DNA of 64,000 bases from Patellaria atrata CBS 101060 (taxonomy: Eukaryota). The translations under genes and the position numbers were made by a program. Below the pieces are notes generated by a model. That model worked only from the letters and a program-made list of their open reading frames with translations. It was not told the DNA's origin and searched no databases. Positions 26,159 to 37,398 of the stretch are shown piece after piece. Location of the stretch: the NCBI GenBank assembly GCA_010093705.1, contig MU006095.1, positions 558,001 through 622,000 of the forward strand, given 5' to 3'. Numbering within the stretch: the stretch's first letter is position 1; the number at the start of each line of letters is the position of its first letter.

Positions 26159-26794
26159 ATCATAAGCCTGGTGGATGTGAGATTGGGGGGCATTGGTGCA
26201 CTTTCTGTATACGTATAGACAGTTCTTTTCTCTCACGGTCTCTTTCATTTCTTCCTTCTTGGGACCTCTACAGGTTTTATTCTGAGACGGCCGTTTCTTT
26301 TCGAACTTAATGTTGCCTTACCCTCGTTGGGCTTCGTTTCGGCTTTCTTCTTGGGTCTTGGCTTTCTCTTCAGGTATTGTCCTTATGTGCATTTTTCTTT
26401 TCTTTTTTCTTGTCATGGGCGAGAGGTTCGGCACCCTTTTTCTCGCGTAACGCTTCGATTGGTGTATCTATCTATTGTGTAGTATCGAACGGAGGAAACG
26501 GAAGTTTTGGGAGAGCTAAGTGCGAAGGGGGAAAAGGGGGCTTGTGTATAGAATAAGGTACAAGGGAAGAATACATAAATACCGTAGGGTAGTAAGTAGC
26601 GAATGGAGAAGATTAATTCGATCAATTCGTTGCGTTGAAACTAGTGATGTAAATGATAGGTAGAAGCCGTATTGTACGGCGCTGTATATCAATCCCGCCA
26701 ACCCCTCCTTACCGTAGATCCCATACCTGATCATATCTCAAACCCAAATCCGATTTCACGGCAAGAATCAACTGTATACCCCACCCATCCATCG

Positions 26795-28517
26795 TTATAG
26801 ATACTTTGACCTGATAGCCTGACTCAACGTACTAATCCGACTCAAACCCCCATGCTGCATGTTACTCAACAGGGCCTCCTCGAGCGCGGATTGCGTCACG
26901 CTCGTATCTATATCATATAACCGTCAGTCTCCATCAACTCAAACCAAACCACCCAGAATCACACAACCCATCCAGACAGCCCAACATAACTCCCAAGATG
27001 AAAAAATAAATAAAAATAAGATAGATAGACAAACTCACCATCCAAATCACTAAAACTACTCCCCATACTCGGACTCCCCTCGCTGCCCTCCCTCCTCTTC
27101 CCCCGGGGCGAGAGTCTCGCCAATTCGGCTCTGCGACGTGGACTCAGGGGCCCCGGCTTCCTCTCCCTCTCCCCCCTCTGTCCTTGTCCCGAAGCCGAAA
27201 CCGAAGCCGAGGCCAACGAACTCGCGGACGAGTCCACCGCAGGTTTCTTCCCCTCCGCCCGGCCCTGTTTCGGCAACGTGGTCGTGGCGCCTGGATCCGG
27301 ACCTCCCGCCGCCACGCGCGCGAATGGTAACGAGTGCGAGGACGATTCCGAGTCTTCCTCTGCCGCGGTCTCGGGGCCTGAAGAGAGGGTTGAAAGGGCG
27401 GGGTGAGGTTTGGCTTTGTGCCGGGGGGCGCGGCGGAAGATTTGGGAGCGGTGGGTGAGGTTTGTTTCTTTTGTTTCGGAGGAGGTGGAGGAAGAAGAGG
27501 AGGTGGAGGCGGGGGAGGAAGCCCCGGTGGGTGGTGTAGGGCGGCGGCGGATGGGAGGGTGGCGGAAGGAGGAGGGGAGGAGGCGGGATTGGGTTATTGT
27601 GTTTGTGGAGGGGGTGCGGGAGAGGGTTGAGACTTGGGTGGTTATGTTAGCTGGACCCAAGGTATGCTTGTTGTTTTGCGAAATTGGAGGGAGGGAAAAG
27701 AAAAGGGGAAGGGGGGAGGGGGGAGGGGGGAGGGGCTAACCAGGACGTGGGGTGCCGGGTACGCTTGCCTCGCCTTTTAGCAATGGGCTTTCTTTCGGTC
27801 GTATAGATAGTGCGGAAGGGGCGCAGGAACCTGATGCGTGAGTGTTTGTTTGCGTTGCGGTGAGTGATGTAGGGACAAGGTAGACTTACCTCTGCCTCCA
27901 CTGCCCAACCTATGCATCGGCACTCCGCCCGCGGGCGTCGCAACGCGTTCGGAGCCTAGCGAGGGTGTCGCGTTCAGGGCGCCGACTTTCTTCATCTGCG
28001 CTTTGACGTGCGAGAGGTGCCGCTCGTAGAGCCATGCCGCTTGCTGGAGTATGAACGTTGGGGAGACTTGGAATTTGTTCGCTCTGCGGTTTTTCTGATC
28101 AGCTGGATCTAAGGGTACCGTAGGATCGAGTATGCGTACAGTTCTTGCCCTACGAACACGTTAACCTGAGGGTTAGAAAGTGTAGGGGCATTTACTCACA
28201 GTCCAGATCACCCGTCTTCGGGCTCCGTGATATGATCTTCCACAGCTGCTTGTCTTTCGCGGCATCCCACTCCACCTGTTAACGTCAGAACCCCAAATGC
28301 CCACTACCTTACAAATAACAAAATCTCCTACCAGCGGCGGATCCACAAAGTCTCCCCTGGCAAAAGGCAGTCGGATGAGCACGGTATAGTGGACCTCCGG
28401 CTCTGGCGGAGGTTGTCGCTTGGGGGTTTTCGTTTCTGCTTTCGGGGCGAGGTTTGCGGATGGTTTGCGGGAGTGGGTACCCTTGGATGCAGGACCTGCC
28501 TGCGATGGTGGTGACAT
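26795..28517 (-). CDS. ATG29: Autophagy-related protein 29 (multi-exon, includes a 10-nt microexon 28140-28149)
   Basis: Spliced N-terminus HYTVLIRLPFARGDFVDPPLVEWDAAKDKQLWKIIS...DWQELANKFQVSPTFILQQAAWLYERHL. C-terminus SMGSSFSDLD...TSVTQSALEEALLSNMQHG, with TAA at 26795-26797. Confidence 0.88.
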
Positions 28518-29622
28518 GTTGTTACAGAAAAAGCTGAGTGGGGATGCGAGTGAGGTAGCCTTATGGAAATGGTCGTTTGCTTTCTGTGAAGCTATGCTAT
28601 GAATGCAGATCTTCGCAGGGTAGCTTCACATCTACTATACGTGGGGGTTGTGGGTTGTGGGTTGTGGAGCATACCACTAAAAGCAGCTCTTCAACGCCTA
28701 TTAAGAGGCTCGTGAGAAATGGTTTTAACTCACAGCACCGAAATATTTCTCCAGAATATTATCCAAATCGAAAGAGGACATAAAATGAATCTCTCTTCAC
28801 CGTACAGCACACGATCACTGACATCAGACTACCTCCCCGTCGTTAGTCCAGTGATGCTAAGGAACACGAACACCCACGATTATTTATTTACAGATGAGTT
28901 CATATTAAATAAGTCACAGCGGGATTCAATGGGGAGGAGTAATTTTGTGCCGCAAAGTTGATGACATACATCTCCTCATGAATTCATTGTTGCAAGAGCA
29001 GGGCTCACCAGTCAATTACGAATTTAGATATTATGTACATATCTTACTAAACTATGTGCTATAGGACAATAACAGTATTAATTATGATTAAACAATATTA
29101 TACATCTAAGAGCAAACTATACTTGATCCAATACTTGTATAAGCTTTGGAGTGTTTGGGTATTTCATAAACTAGGTAAACCTCCATCAATTGTCTAACGC
29201 CATGCCCACAACCCAACAACGTTCAGAGGTGGGATAAATAGCAGAGGGTGATAGAAGTGAGAATGTTCGACAGCGTTTGAAGTAATGCTAAAGTACAACT
29301 ATCGGAGCAGCAAGGAACAGAGGTAGAGTCCAGTGAAAAAAGGACTTTGACCGTAGTACAGTTCCAGGGGTTTAAAAAATAGTTCCCTAGAGAAATGCTA
29401 AATACTACTCCACCGGGTCGTGACGGCACTGTACGGCTAAACCCACTGGCGGACGGTGGAGTTATTCCGGAAAGCTCCGAGAATACGTACAGAGAGAGTA
29501 CGCTTGTGCTCGAGCAATGGTGGACTGGCGCAAGTGTATGGAGCGGCGAATGATCAGTCTGGTACAACATTCGTACAAGCTCAGATACAATGCGCCCTAT
29601 TCAAACGCACGCTAGCGTTCCT

Positions 29623-31501
29623 TTATCCGAGTGTCCGTTTCGTGGCTTTGGTGGGCATACCGTCTCGAGGATGCGAAGTTGTCAACATCACAGCGTAGCA
29701 TGGGTCATCCCATAGAGTTTCGATTCCATTTGGTTTAGACTTCCATCGACCAGCCCACTCGGTACCGTCAGGTTTGATCTTTGTAATCTCGTTTCGATCG
29801 AATACCGTAGTAAAGTCAAAAGACCGTAGAGTCAGCACTAGAACAATCTTGGATTCTAGGAGCGCCATCTCCTGTCCGATACAGTCCCTTGGTCCCTTCG
29901 AAAATGGGCGCCATGCATTTTTAGGGTTTGGATATTGTTGTCCCGATGAATTGGTGTTGAGGAAGCGTTCGGGAATGAACTCATGTACAGTTGGTCCCCA
30001 GAGTTCGGCAGACCTATGCATTCCTAGATGTTGATCCCACACGAGAAATCCATCCGTTGGATATTTCTCGCCGTTATCTGGATCTACGATGAAGTGGCCG
30101 GGTACACCAGCGCGTACAGACGATCCCGGAGGATAGAGGCGTAGCGCTTCTTTGATAACGGCCAAAGTGTACGGCAAATCATTGAGTTTCTGTGGTAATT
30201 CTTTTATCATTGCAGCTGCATCGCTTGGATTTGTACCGAAGACTTTATCATGTTCCTGACGGATCTTGGCTAACTTTTGAGGATGGCGAGATAGAAAGTG
30301 GAAGGCGTAACATATACCAGAAGCAGTGGTATCATGGCCGGCAAAGAGGAAGATTCTGATTTGGGAAATGGCATACTCCATAAAGGTATCATCCAGCATT
30401 TTATCCTGTCCTTCTGTGTCTTTATCGACAAATCCGTTGCTCTTTGCTGCTTGTTTTTGTGCGAAATATGATTCTAGAGCAAGGTCAATAACGTACTTTG
30501 GGCCTCCTTTTTTGTTAGTAGTACGACGCGTAACAAATCGTTCTTCCAGTAATCTCGTCAAATGGGATTTCAAACGTCCGCTGTAATACCATTGCTTGAT
30601 AGGTCTCCTAGGATCATACAGATGGAAGATATTGATTGTTTGAGCGTCAGGTTGCGAGTCCACCAGGGCACGAAAGGAAGAAACAATCTCATTTTCCGCT
30701 ATTTGTGAGTTAGATCGATGATCCCTGCGGGTTCTAGGTTAGATCATTGACAATAATCAGAAGATGCATGATTCTTACAGTACGACACGGCACTATCTTG
30801 TTAGCTTAGTTTGAGGAGAAAAGGTGTGAAGTAGCTTACTATGACATCAATCGTGAGCCGTGTCACACGTTCATCAAGCCGGAACAGTTCTCCAGAATCG
30901 GCCAGGCTTTCGAGCACACTAACAAATACAAGACTTTCGTCTACGATACTTGGAACGAGACTCATCATATTACTGATACTAAAACCTGGATTGAAAATTC
31001 CCCTCCATTTCTTCCATTCTTTTCCTTCTAATGAAATTAATGCTTTTTTCCCCGCTAAAGGGTTAACATATAAGGGAACTTGTTCATGCTTGGGTAAAGA
31101 AGGAGCTACAACCGCTTGATTTATGAGTGTTGGTGACATAATAATGCACAAATTAGGGCCAAACGGCCAAAAGTCTAAATAGAAAAGAGGTGGTAAATCA
31201 TATTTCTGCTGAATAAAATGTGGAAGAATATGCGGATGTATCCGGGGCGGAAGAGTTTCTTGAACATCGGCAAATACGAGAATATGACCCCATATTGGAT
31301 GATGGGGAGGGCCAGGCTACACGAAATCAGCATTCACTTCGAACTCAAGTATATGATGGTATTTAGTAGATAAAAGAGTTATAATACCAGATTCTTGAAT
31401 TGCCGACGAATTCGATACCCACGATAGAGAAAACGGACGATTGAAAAGGCGATCACCAGAGCAACGCTGACGAGATATGGATGCGTGCTCAGGGCGTCCA
31501 T
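29623..31501 (-). CDS. Cytochrome P450 monooxygenase (multi-exon)
   Basis: I-helix FLFAGHDTT, K-helix EALR, PERF and heme motif FSKGPRDCIG. Upstream exons include PGPPHHPIWGH and WKKWRGIFNPGFS. ATG at 31501. Confidence 0.93.
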
Positions 31502-32332
31502 GATAATGGAAAGAGGAAGTTAAAATTCTGCTAGGACATTGGAAATGGAGGACAAGTGGACGGGACCATTGTGATGAAATAGGTGAAATAGCCAGAGAAA
31601 GTTTGAGGAACACCTAGACCCTAGGAGCGGATTCTGATGGACACTAGCCCGTACTCGGTTAGCTTGGTGGACGCCGCACCGGATACCTTGCGTTCCCGAC
31701 TCCGTACCGAGGCCGGACCGTCCTTTTATTGGGCAATCTTGACTTCATGCTCTGTTTATAGCAATTGTTTGCTCTAGTACAAACAACAACCCAATATACG
31801 GCACAGTTCTACCACTAGTTATGCGAATCAAAGATTTCATAGCGCATGACTACGAAGAGAAATGATGTACAGGTGCTAGTAAAATCTACTACGTACTGTA
31901 CAGTACATGTACTTTGGCTGTAATTGGACTGGTACGTGCAATGCAATGCGGTATCTCTAATACCGTTAATGGGGAAGAAAAAAACCCAGAGCGTTGGAGA
32001 ATAGAGTTTGGTGGAAGTTTGATGTCATGACCCCTGAGTTGTCTTACAAATTCTCCCTGTATAACGGGAGTATGGATTGATAAATGAAAAGAGGCAGCTG
32101 AGCCGCCTAGGTATGAGTCTATCCTTGGAAGAAAATAACTCAAGCTATACTTACATCCTTATAAATCGCGGCTTGATACTTTTACAAGCTGGTCACATCT
32201 ATCTTTCTGCTCTAGTTCTATCCCTCTTGATATATTCTTCTAAGTTCTTGAACGCGGAATCTTCCTATAACCCTAAGTGCTTCTCGAGACAAACTCTTTA
32301 TACCAACGTCCTGCCCTAGACCCGCGATATCT

Positions 32333-33217
32333 TCAGAAGGGCACATCCATATTCTCTACGTTCTCGTCCTTCTTTTTCTTATTTTCCACCTGAGCCACGA
32401 TTTCCCTGATAAATCCCACCAATGCTCCGACGTACTGTTTCTGGCTGCTGGGTAGAAAATGACCACCAGGATGATAAACCACCCTTCCCTCGCTCTTCTC
32501 GCAAGCTTCTACAAGCCTCAAACTTCTCTTTTCTTCCACAACCGTATCTACAGAGCCTAAGATGTGCAGCATCGGCGTCTTGATCTTAGGCTCATAGAAC
32601 GCCCTATAAAGCTCGCCCTTTCCCGTGCTAGCGGCGCCGAATCCTGAATATGAGACGGCAAACTTGAACGGCGGATGAACCATATCTGTCATATACCCGG
32701 TATCCTTCTCGAACGACTCCGGATATCTCATCCCACTCTCCAGCTGCAACTTCTCAAAGGCCTCCCGCCGTCCAGGTTCCAGTAAGGAGGCCACCATACC
32801 CGCAGCCGCACCGCCCTGACTAAATCCTATGACTCCGTCAAAAGGCCCCTCTTCCTTTAACACCTGTGCAATTTTCTCTAGTCCGATTTCCAGCCCCTCG
32901 TACGTGTACGGCTCTGTGTCACCTTTCCGTCTCCACCAACCCCATGCGTCAGGTTCTTCTAACGCTTGTGCACTAGAACCTAATTCCGCGTTCTGTGAGT
33001 TTGAATGGCTAGGATCGACATGCGCGGAGTCGAATGTGAGATCGGAGGGGAGAAGGCGGATTGGAGCGGTGGGGTATACGAGGGTACAGCCGGCAGGGAA
33101 AGCTTTCTGGAGGTTCTTTTCGAGTGCACGAGTTTTGGCGTGGAAGAGGGGTCCAGATTGTGTGAAACCATGAAGCATTAGAATGCGAAGTGGATTCCGC
33201 GGATTTTGGGTCGTCAT
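32333..33217 (-). CDS. FSH1/OVCA2-family serine hydrolase (alpha/beta hydrolase)
   Basis: LRILMLHGFTQSG, nucleophile motif GVIGFSQGG, LHILGSVDTVV and HPGGHFLP. First ATG at 33217. Confidence 0.92.
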   Translation of the reverse strand: MTTQNPRNPLRILMLHGFTQSGPLFHAKTRALEKNLQKAFPAGCTLVYPTAPIRLLPSDLTFDSAHVDPSHSNSQNAELGSSAQALEEPDAWGWWRRKGDTEPYTYEGLEIGLEKIAQVLKEEGPFDGVIGFSQGGAAAGMVASLLEPGRREAFEKLQLESGMRYPESFEKDTGYMTDMVHPPFKFAVSYSGFGAASTGKGELYRAFYEPKIKTPMLHILGSVDTVVEEKRSLRLVEACEKSEGRVVYHPGGHFLPSSQKQYVGALVGFIREIVAQVENKKKKDENVENMDVPF

Positions 33218-33564
33218 TTTGTGGCGGGCAGTTACGGTGACTTGAATGCGGGGTGGTAGGAGGCCGTGGCGTATTTTCTCTGGATGTGGTCTGAAGTGAC
33301 ATGGAATTACAATAGCATGGTGCATAGGTGTAGCTTCGTCACCGGAGCAGGTTTCTATTGTCTATACCAAGCTCAACAACATCCGAACGGAAGCTTCTGC
33401 AAAATTGAAGTCATAGCTTTCGCGATCGGAGTTACTCCGGCAACAAAAGCAATGTGAAGGGGAAGGCTTGATGTTTTTGATAATACATAGCACCCTGTGA
33501 AGGCGTCGTCTAGAGCTATCTTTTGGTCTTTTGATCTTTTACAAAGATACGGCGAAACTACAGC

Positions 33565-35259
33565 TCAATGTGCCTTTCCAACCTTGGTCTTCTCCATCTT
33601 CGTAGGTTGAATCCGAGCCATCATCTCCTCCTTCGTGATTAAGTGATCTATCCTCTCCAGCAAGCCTAGTAAATTCTTCATATTCCCACTCCACTCATTC
33701 AATACGTCATCTGCATCTCTTGCCTTCGCAAAGTTGACAATCTTGGCAGGACGGTCAATCTTCGCGTAAATGGTCTTTGCAGTAACGAGCTCGCTAATAT
33801 ACTTTTCGGTCTCGTCTTCCGAGAGATCGAGGAGTTCTGTTAATCGGGGAATTTGAATGCGAGTGTAGTACTTAGCTACCACTCGGACATTGTGCTCGAT
33901 GACGCGTTTTCGTAGGTCCTGCCAACGTTGGAAAGCCTTTTCATCTCCTGACTGGCCCTTTTCTGGGTCGAAGATATCGGTGTTACAGAGATAGGCACCG
34001 AATCGCTTCGCAATCACAGGCCATCTCATTAATTCCGGGATAGTGAAAAGTTTAAGGATCTGAGATTCCTGAGGAAGCATGGCGTTGCGGCTATCCCTGT
34101 GGATGCGGTGAAGTAGATCTGATTGCTCATTGTCGTGAGGGGCGAGGAGAACGAAATAAATAACCCTTTGCAATGTCTGAAAAGCATTAGTGACGCTATA
34201 GATATATAATGACAAAAGGAACGCACCGCTCGCAACTGAGCCTCATTGTTCTCCACTGCCTCAGTATCTAGTACTTGTCTGTAGTGTTTACACACGTCCA
34301 AGTACTTATCCTCATGCTTCGCCAGAATAATTTGTTGCTCATAGTACCGTAGCTTGAGGTCCGTGACATCATCCTCCGGCTCTGGTGGAGGTTCATCCGC
34401 TGACCGCTTCTTCTCTTTCTCCTCTTTCTCCTTCTTCTCCTTTTCTAATTCCTCTGGTGTCTTCCTGGGTTTCCTTATAAAGTACCTTGTGCTGATCTTT
34501 CTACTCAGGATACCGGCTTGTGTCCAATCGCCCTTGTCGATACAAAGCGCGACTTGCTCCAAAATGAACTCAGTCTTCTCCCTTCTAGACATAGAACCGA
34601 AAGTTTCCACTTGAAGTTCGCAAAGGATGTCTGCGGCCGCAGTGATGTCGCCTTGCTCTTTCTTGATATTCGATAATATCCTTGTAACCCGGGCGCGTTC
34701 GACTTCAACGAATATCTTGTGTATTGTTAGCAAGGCCACTACAAATTCCAGAGAAATGCTGAAAACCGTACCTTTCCCTCCGTTACTGTCCTTAATGTCT
34801 CGATGGTTGATAGCTTCGTGTCAAGGTTTGGCGCATCGTCCAAGAAACCCATCACTACCTGCACCATCTTTGTTGTTGCCTGTTTGAGCTGTCCATGCTT
34901 CTTGGAGAGTAAGAGGACCTGCTCGTTCAGAAAGTTCCAGTCTCCAGAGTTCTTGCATATCGTAACTATGCCAATAAGTATCCTAGACGTCGAGGCGAGG
35001 TCAGAGGCCTGTGGTATAATCAGTCGACGCTTTAATTTAGCGCGGTTGAGAAATAGTGTGGTACCTGTCTGGTCTGCTTCTCAAGGGGGAGTAGCTTCTC
35101 TACTGCTGCTTGGGCATCAGACTGAGAATACATTAGCATAAAGTACTAGAAAGTAGAGGGAATGAGCTACCCTACCTTCGCGATTTCCTCCGCCTCTGGT
35201 AACTGCTTGTCAACCTCTTTGGTAAAGTCCTTCTCGGCTTTGAGCAGGCCTTCGGACAT
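33565..35259 (-). CDS. RPN5: 26S proteasome lid subunit Rpn5 (PSMD12), multi-exon
   Basis: Start MSEGLLKAEKDFTKEVD, then LLSKKHGQLKQA, IFVEVERARVT and LQVETFGSM. PCI domain EHNVRVVAKYYTRI...IYAKIDRP...HLITKEEMM. Confidence 0.95.
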
Positions 35260-35409
35260 GGTGGCAGTATTGAGGGGTGGATTTCTCAGTATCTAACACA
35301 CAGGAGGAAACAATTATAGTCGGTAAACGGTCAGAACGAGGGAGATGCGGTTAGTTGAGTGAAATGGAATGGATGAGGCGTTTTGTCGACGAGATGTTGC
35401 TCCAGCACC

Positions 35410-35415
35410 GGAGCT
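35410..35415. promoter_or_regulatory. Possible Rpn4-type proteasome gene element GGAGCT
   Basis: GGAGCT lies about 150 bp upstream of the RPN5 ATG. I recall this hexamer as enriched at proteasome genes of filamentous ascomycetes. A 6-mer can occur by chance. Confidence 0.3.
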
Positions 35416-37398
35416 CAGGTAACCTTTGGGTCTTGGCTCAACGCTGACTAAGCTGCGATCTATAAGTTAAAGTTAACCTGGTAAACCTCACTTCCTACTT
35501 CATCAGGCAATTGAAGGAAAAACTGTCACTGTTCTCACGAGCTGAAGAGATTCGTACTACTCGTATGGATTTCACCCCATCTATTCTATCGCTAAACATC
35601 TTTTATTCTTCCCAAATCTCTGTCCCTAGATAGGAAGTTTCAGTGTAGTTTTCTTTAGAAAGTATTTACCGTTTGTTAATCCCACTACTCTGAAAAAAGG
35701 TTTTTTTTTACACTCAACGCCGCAGTGATCTTTATTCCATGCGTAGGATTAGTGTAGCGGTGTGGTATTTAGTCAAGTACAGTTAATTTCCATCGTCGAT
35801 TAACCTTCCTATGACAATCGATAAAACTTGAAGAGGATACGATAGTTCAGATGTTGCAAAGAAATATTAGCTCTTTCATATCATATTCTCCTCTCTCCTT
35901 TCTACTTTATTATCTGGTTAAAGGAAATATCATTCGACGAAACTTCGTCGAGTCTACATCAAACTTCCCTTGACATGAACTGGAGGTAGGTCTAGCATAG
36001 CTTTTTGCTAATTTCGGTGATGCGTAACTTTTGTCTAACCTATGTCTTTTGGAAACTCTTTGAACTCTCAAGTAGTGATCTGTACCATGAACTCCAGCTG
36101 TCCCAGCTTCGATCTAAGGATACTCAGACTCGAGTCACGCCGAAGCAAATCCATTCGATACATTACCCATCGTTGAATTACCGCCTCAGGGAGTCCGAAC
36201 AAGATGAGAGTATCCGCATTGTTACAGTCAGGCATCGCCAGTTCTATACACCTTGCGATGTCAGTCCGCGCGCTGTCAAATCCGGACCCTCGCGACACCT
36301 CTATGCTGCATGCTACCACGTCATACACTTTCTATACCCAAGTGTACAGCCACCGCGCTGACTATGGTAGGGGAAATTCGGGTCTGGGTCTTCGAAAGCG
36401 GGTTTGCGGCTTCATATAGTATTTTGCAAAACAGAACAGAAGTATATTACCATCGAAACCTTCAAACACTAATACGAATGGTATCTACTGGAATGTATAC
36501 GCCGTATCTCTGACCTCAGGATTCAGGTGTACGAAAACTGTTAATTTACGTGCTTGGGACATACGGTACATATTCTGTGGAAATATAGTTATCCCTCTTG
36601 ACTGGCTGTACGAGGTGAATCGGGCTCTCACCTCTCCGTTAAAAACCTCATTGTACCTAAATAAAATGCATACTGTATTCTGTACAGTCAACTGAACGTT
36701 CAGCTTTGACTCCGCAATTGTATATTATTAAGATGTTCCAGCAGCATATTTCGACGATCAAGTTTTCAGAACCAAAGTTTGCACAAACGTTCACTAATCC
36801 AGTGCGCACAGAACTTTTTACATGGTAAATCACGCTCCAGGCTCCACTATGATAGGCTTAACCGCACAGCAGACTCACTCCAAAGCTCACAAAATACAGA
36901 TTATGCACCCGACAGAACTATGCCAGAGGGGGCGGGGAGGGGGGGGGAGAAGTATACAATTACACTGTCGAACAGCTTTCCAAAAACGCTTTTATCGTAC
37001 CTCTCTCCTCAATAACACTCGCTCGCTGAAAAGGACAATAACCAAAGACACGCTCAAAACCAGAAAAGTGGTATAAAGCAACACCTCTCATGGAACCCCA
37101 ACCGCCCATGATTAATCCAACGATGCAGAGGCATCTCGAGACATCTAATAAGAGGACACTGAGGTAGGTGTTGGAAAGGAATTTTGTACAAAGGCAAAGA
37201 GGTAGTCACAGATGCAATGCCGGCTCCAAAAGCGCCGCAAGAATTGTATCCAAAATCATCAACGCTATATTGCGTGAAAAGTTATAACCAAGCTCGCTGC
37301 TTCAGCCAACTATATCCTCGGAAAGCAGTGTGGATGTGGCGGGCAAGGACTGATCACCTGCAGTCACATTAGCCTCCGTGTATTATTTCGATCTGGCT

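Noticed and set aside
29200..29620. Possible small spliced gene between ATG29 and the P450
   Set aside because: No consistent exon chain or recognisable product could be built.
35741..35830. tRNA-like start (TAGTGTAGCGGT)
   Set aside because: No T-loop GTTCRA or acceptor stem could be built.
36370..36560. RNase P-like GGGAAATTCGG motif
   Set aside because: No matching downstream P4 strand or supporting helices seen; probably chance.
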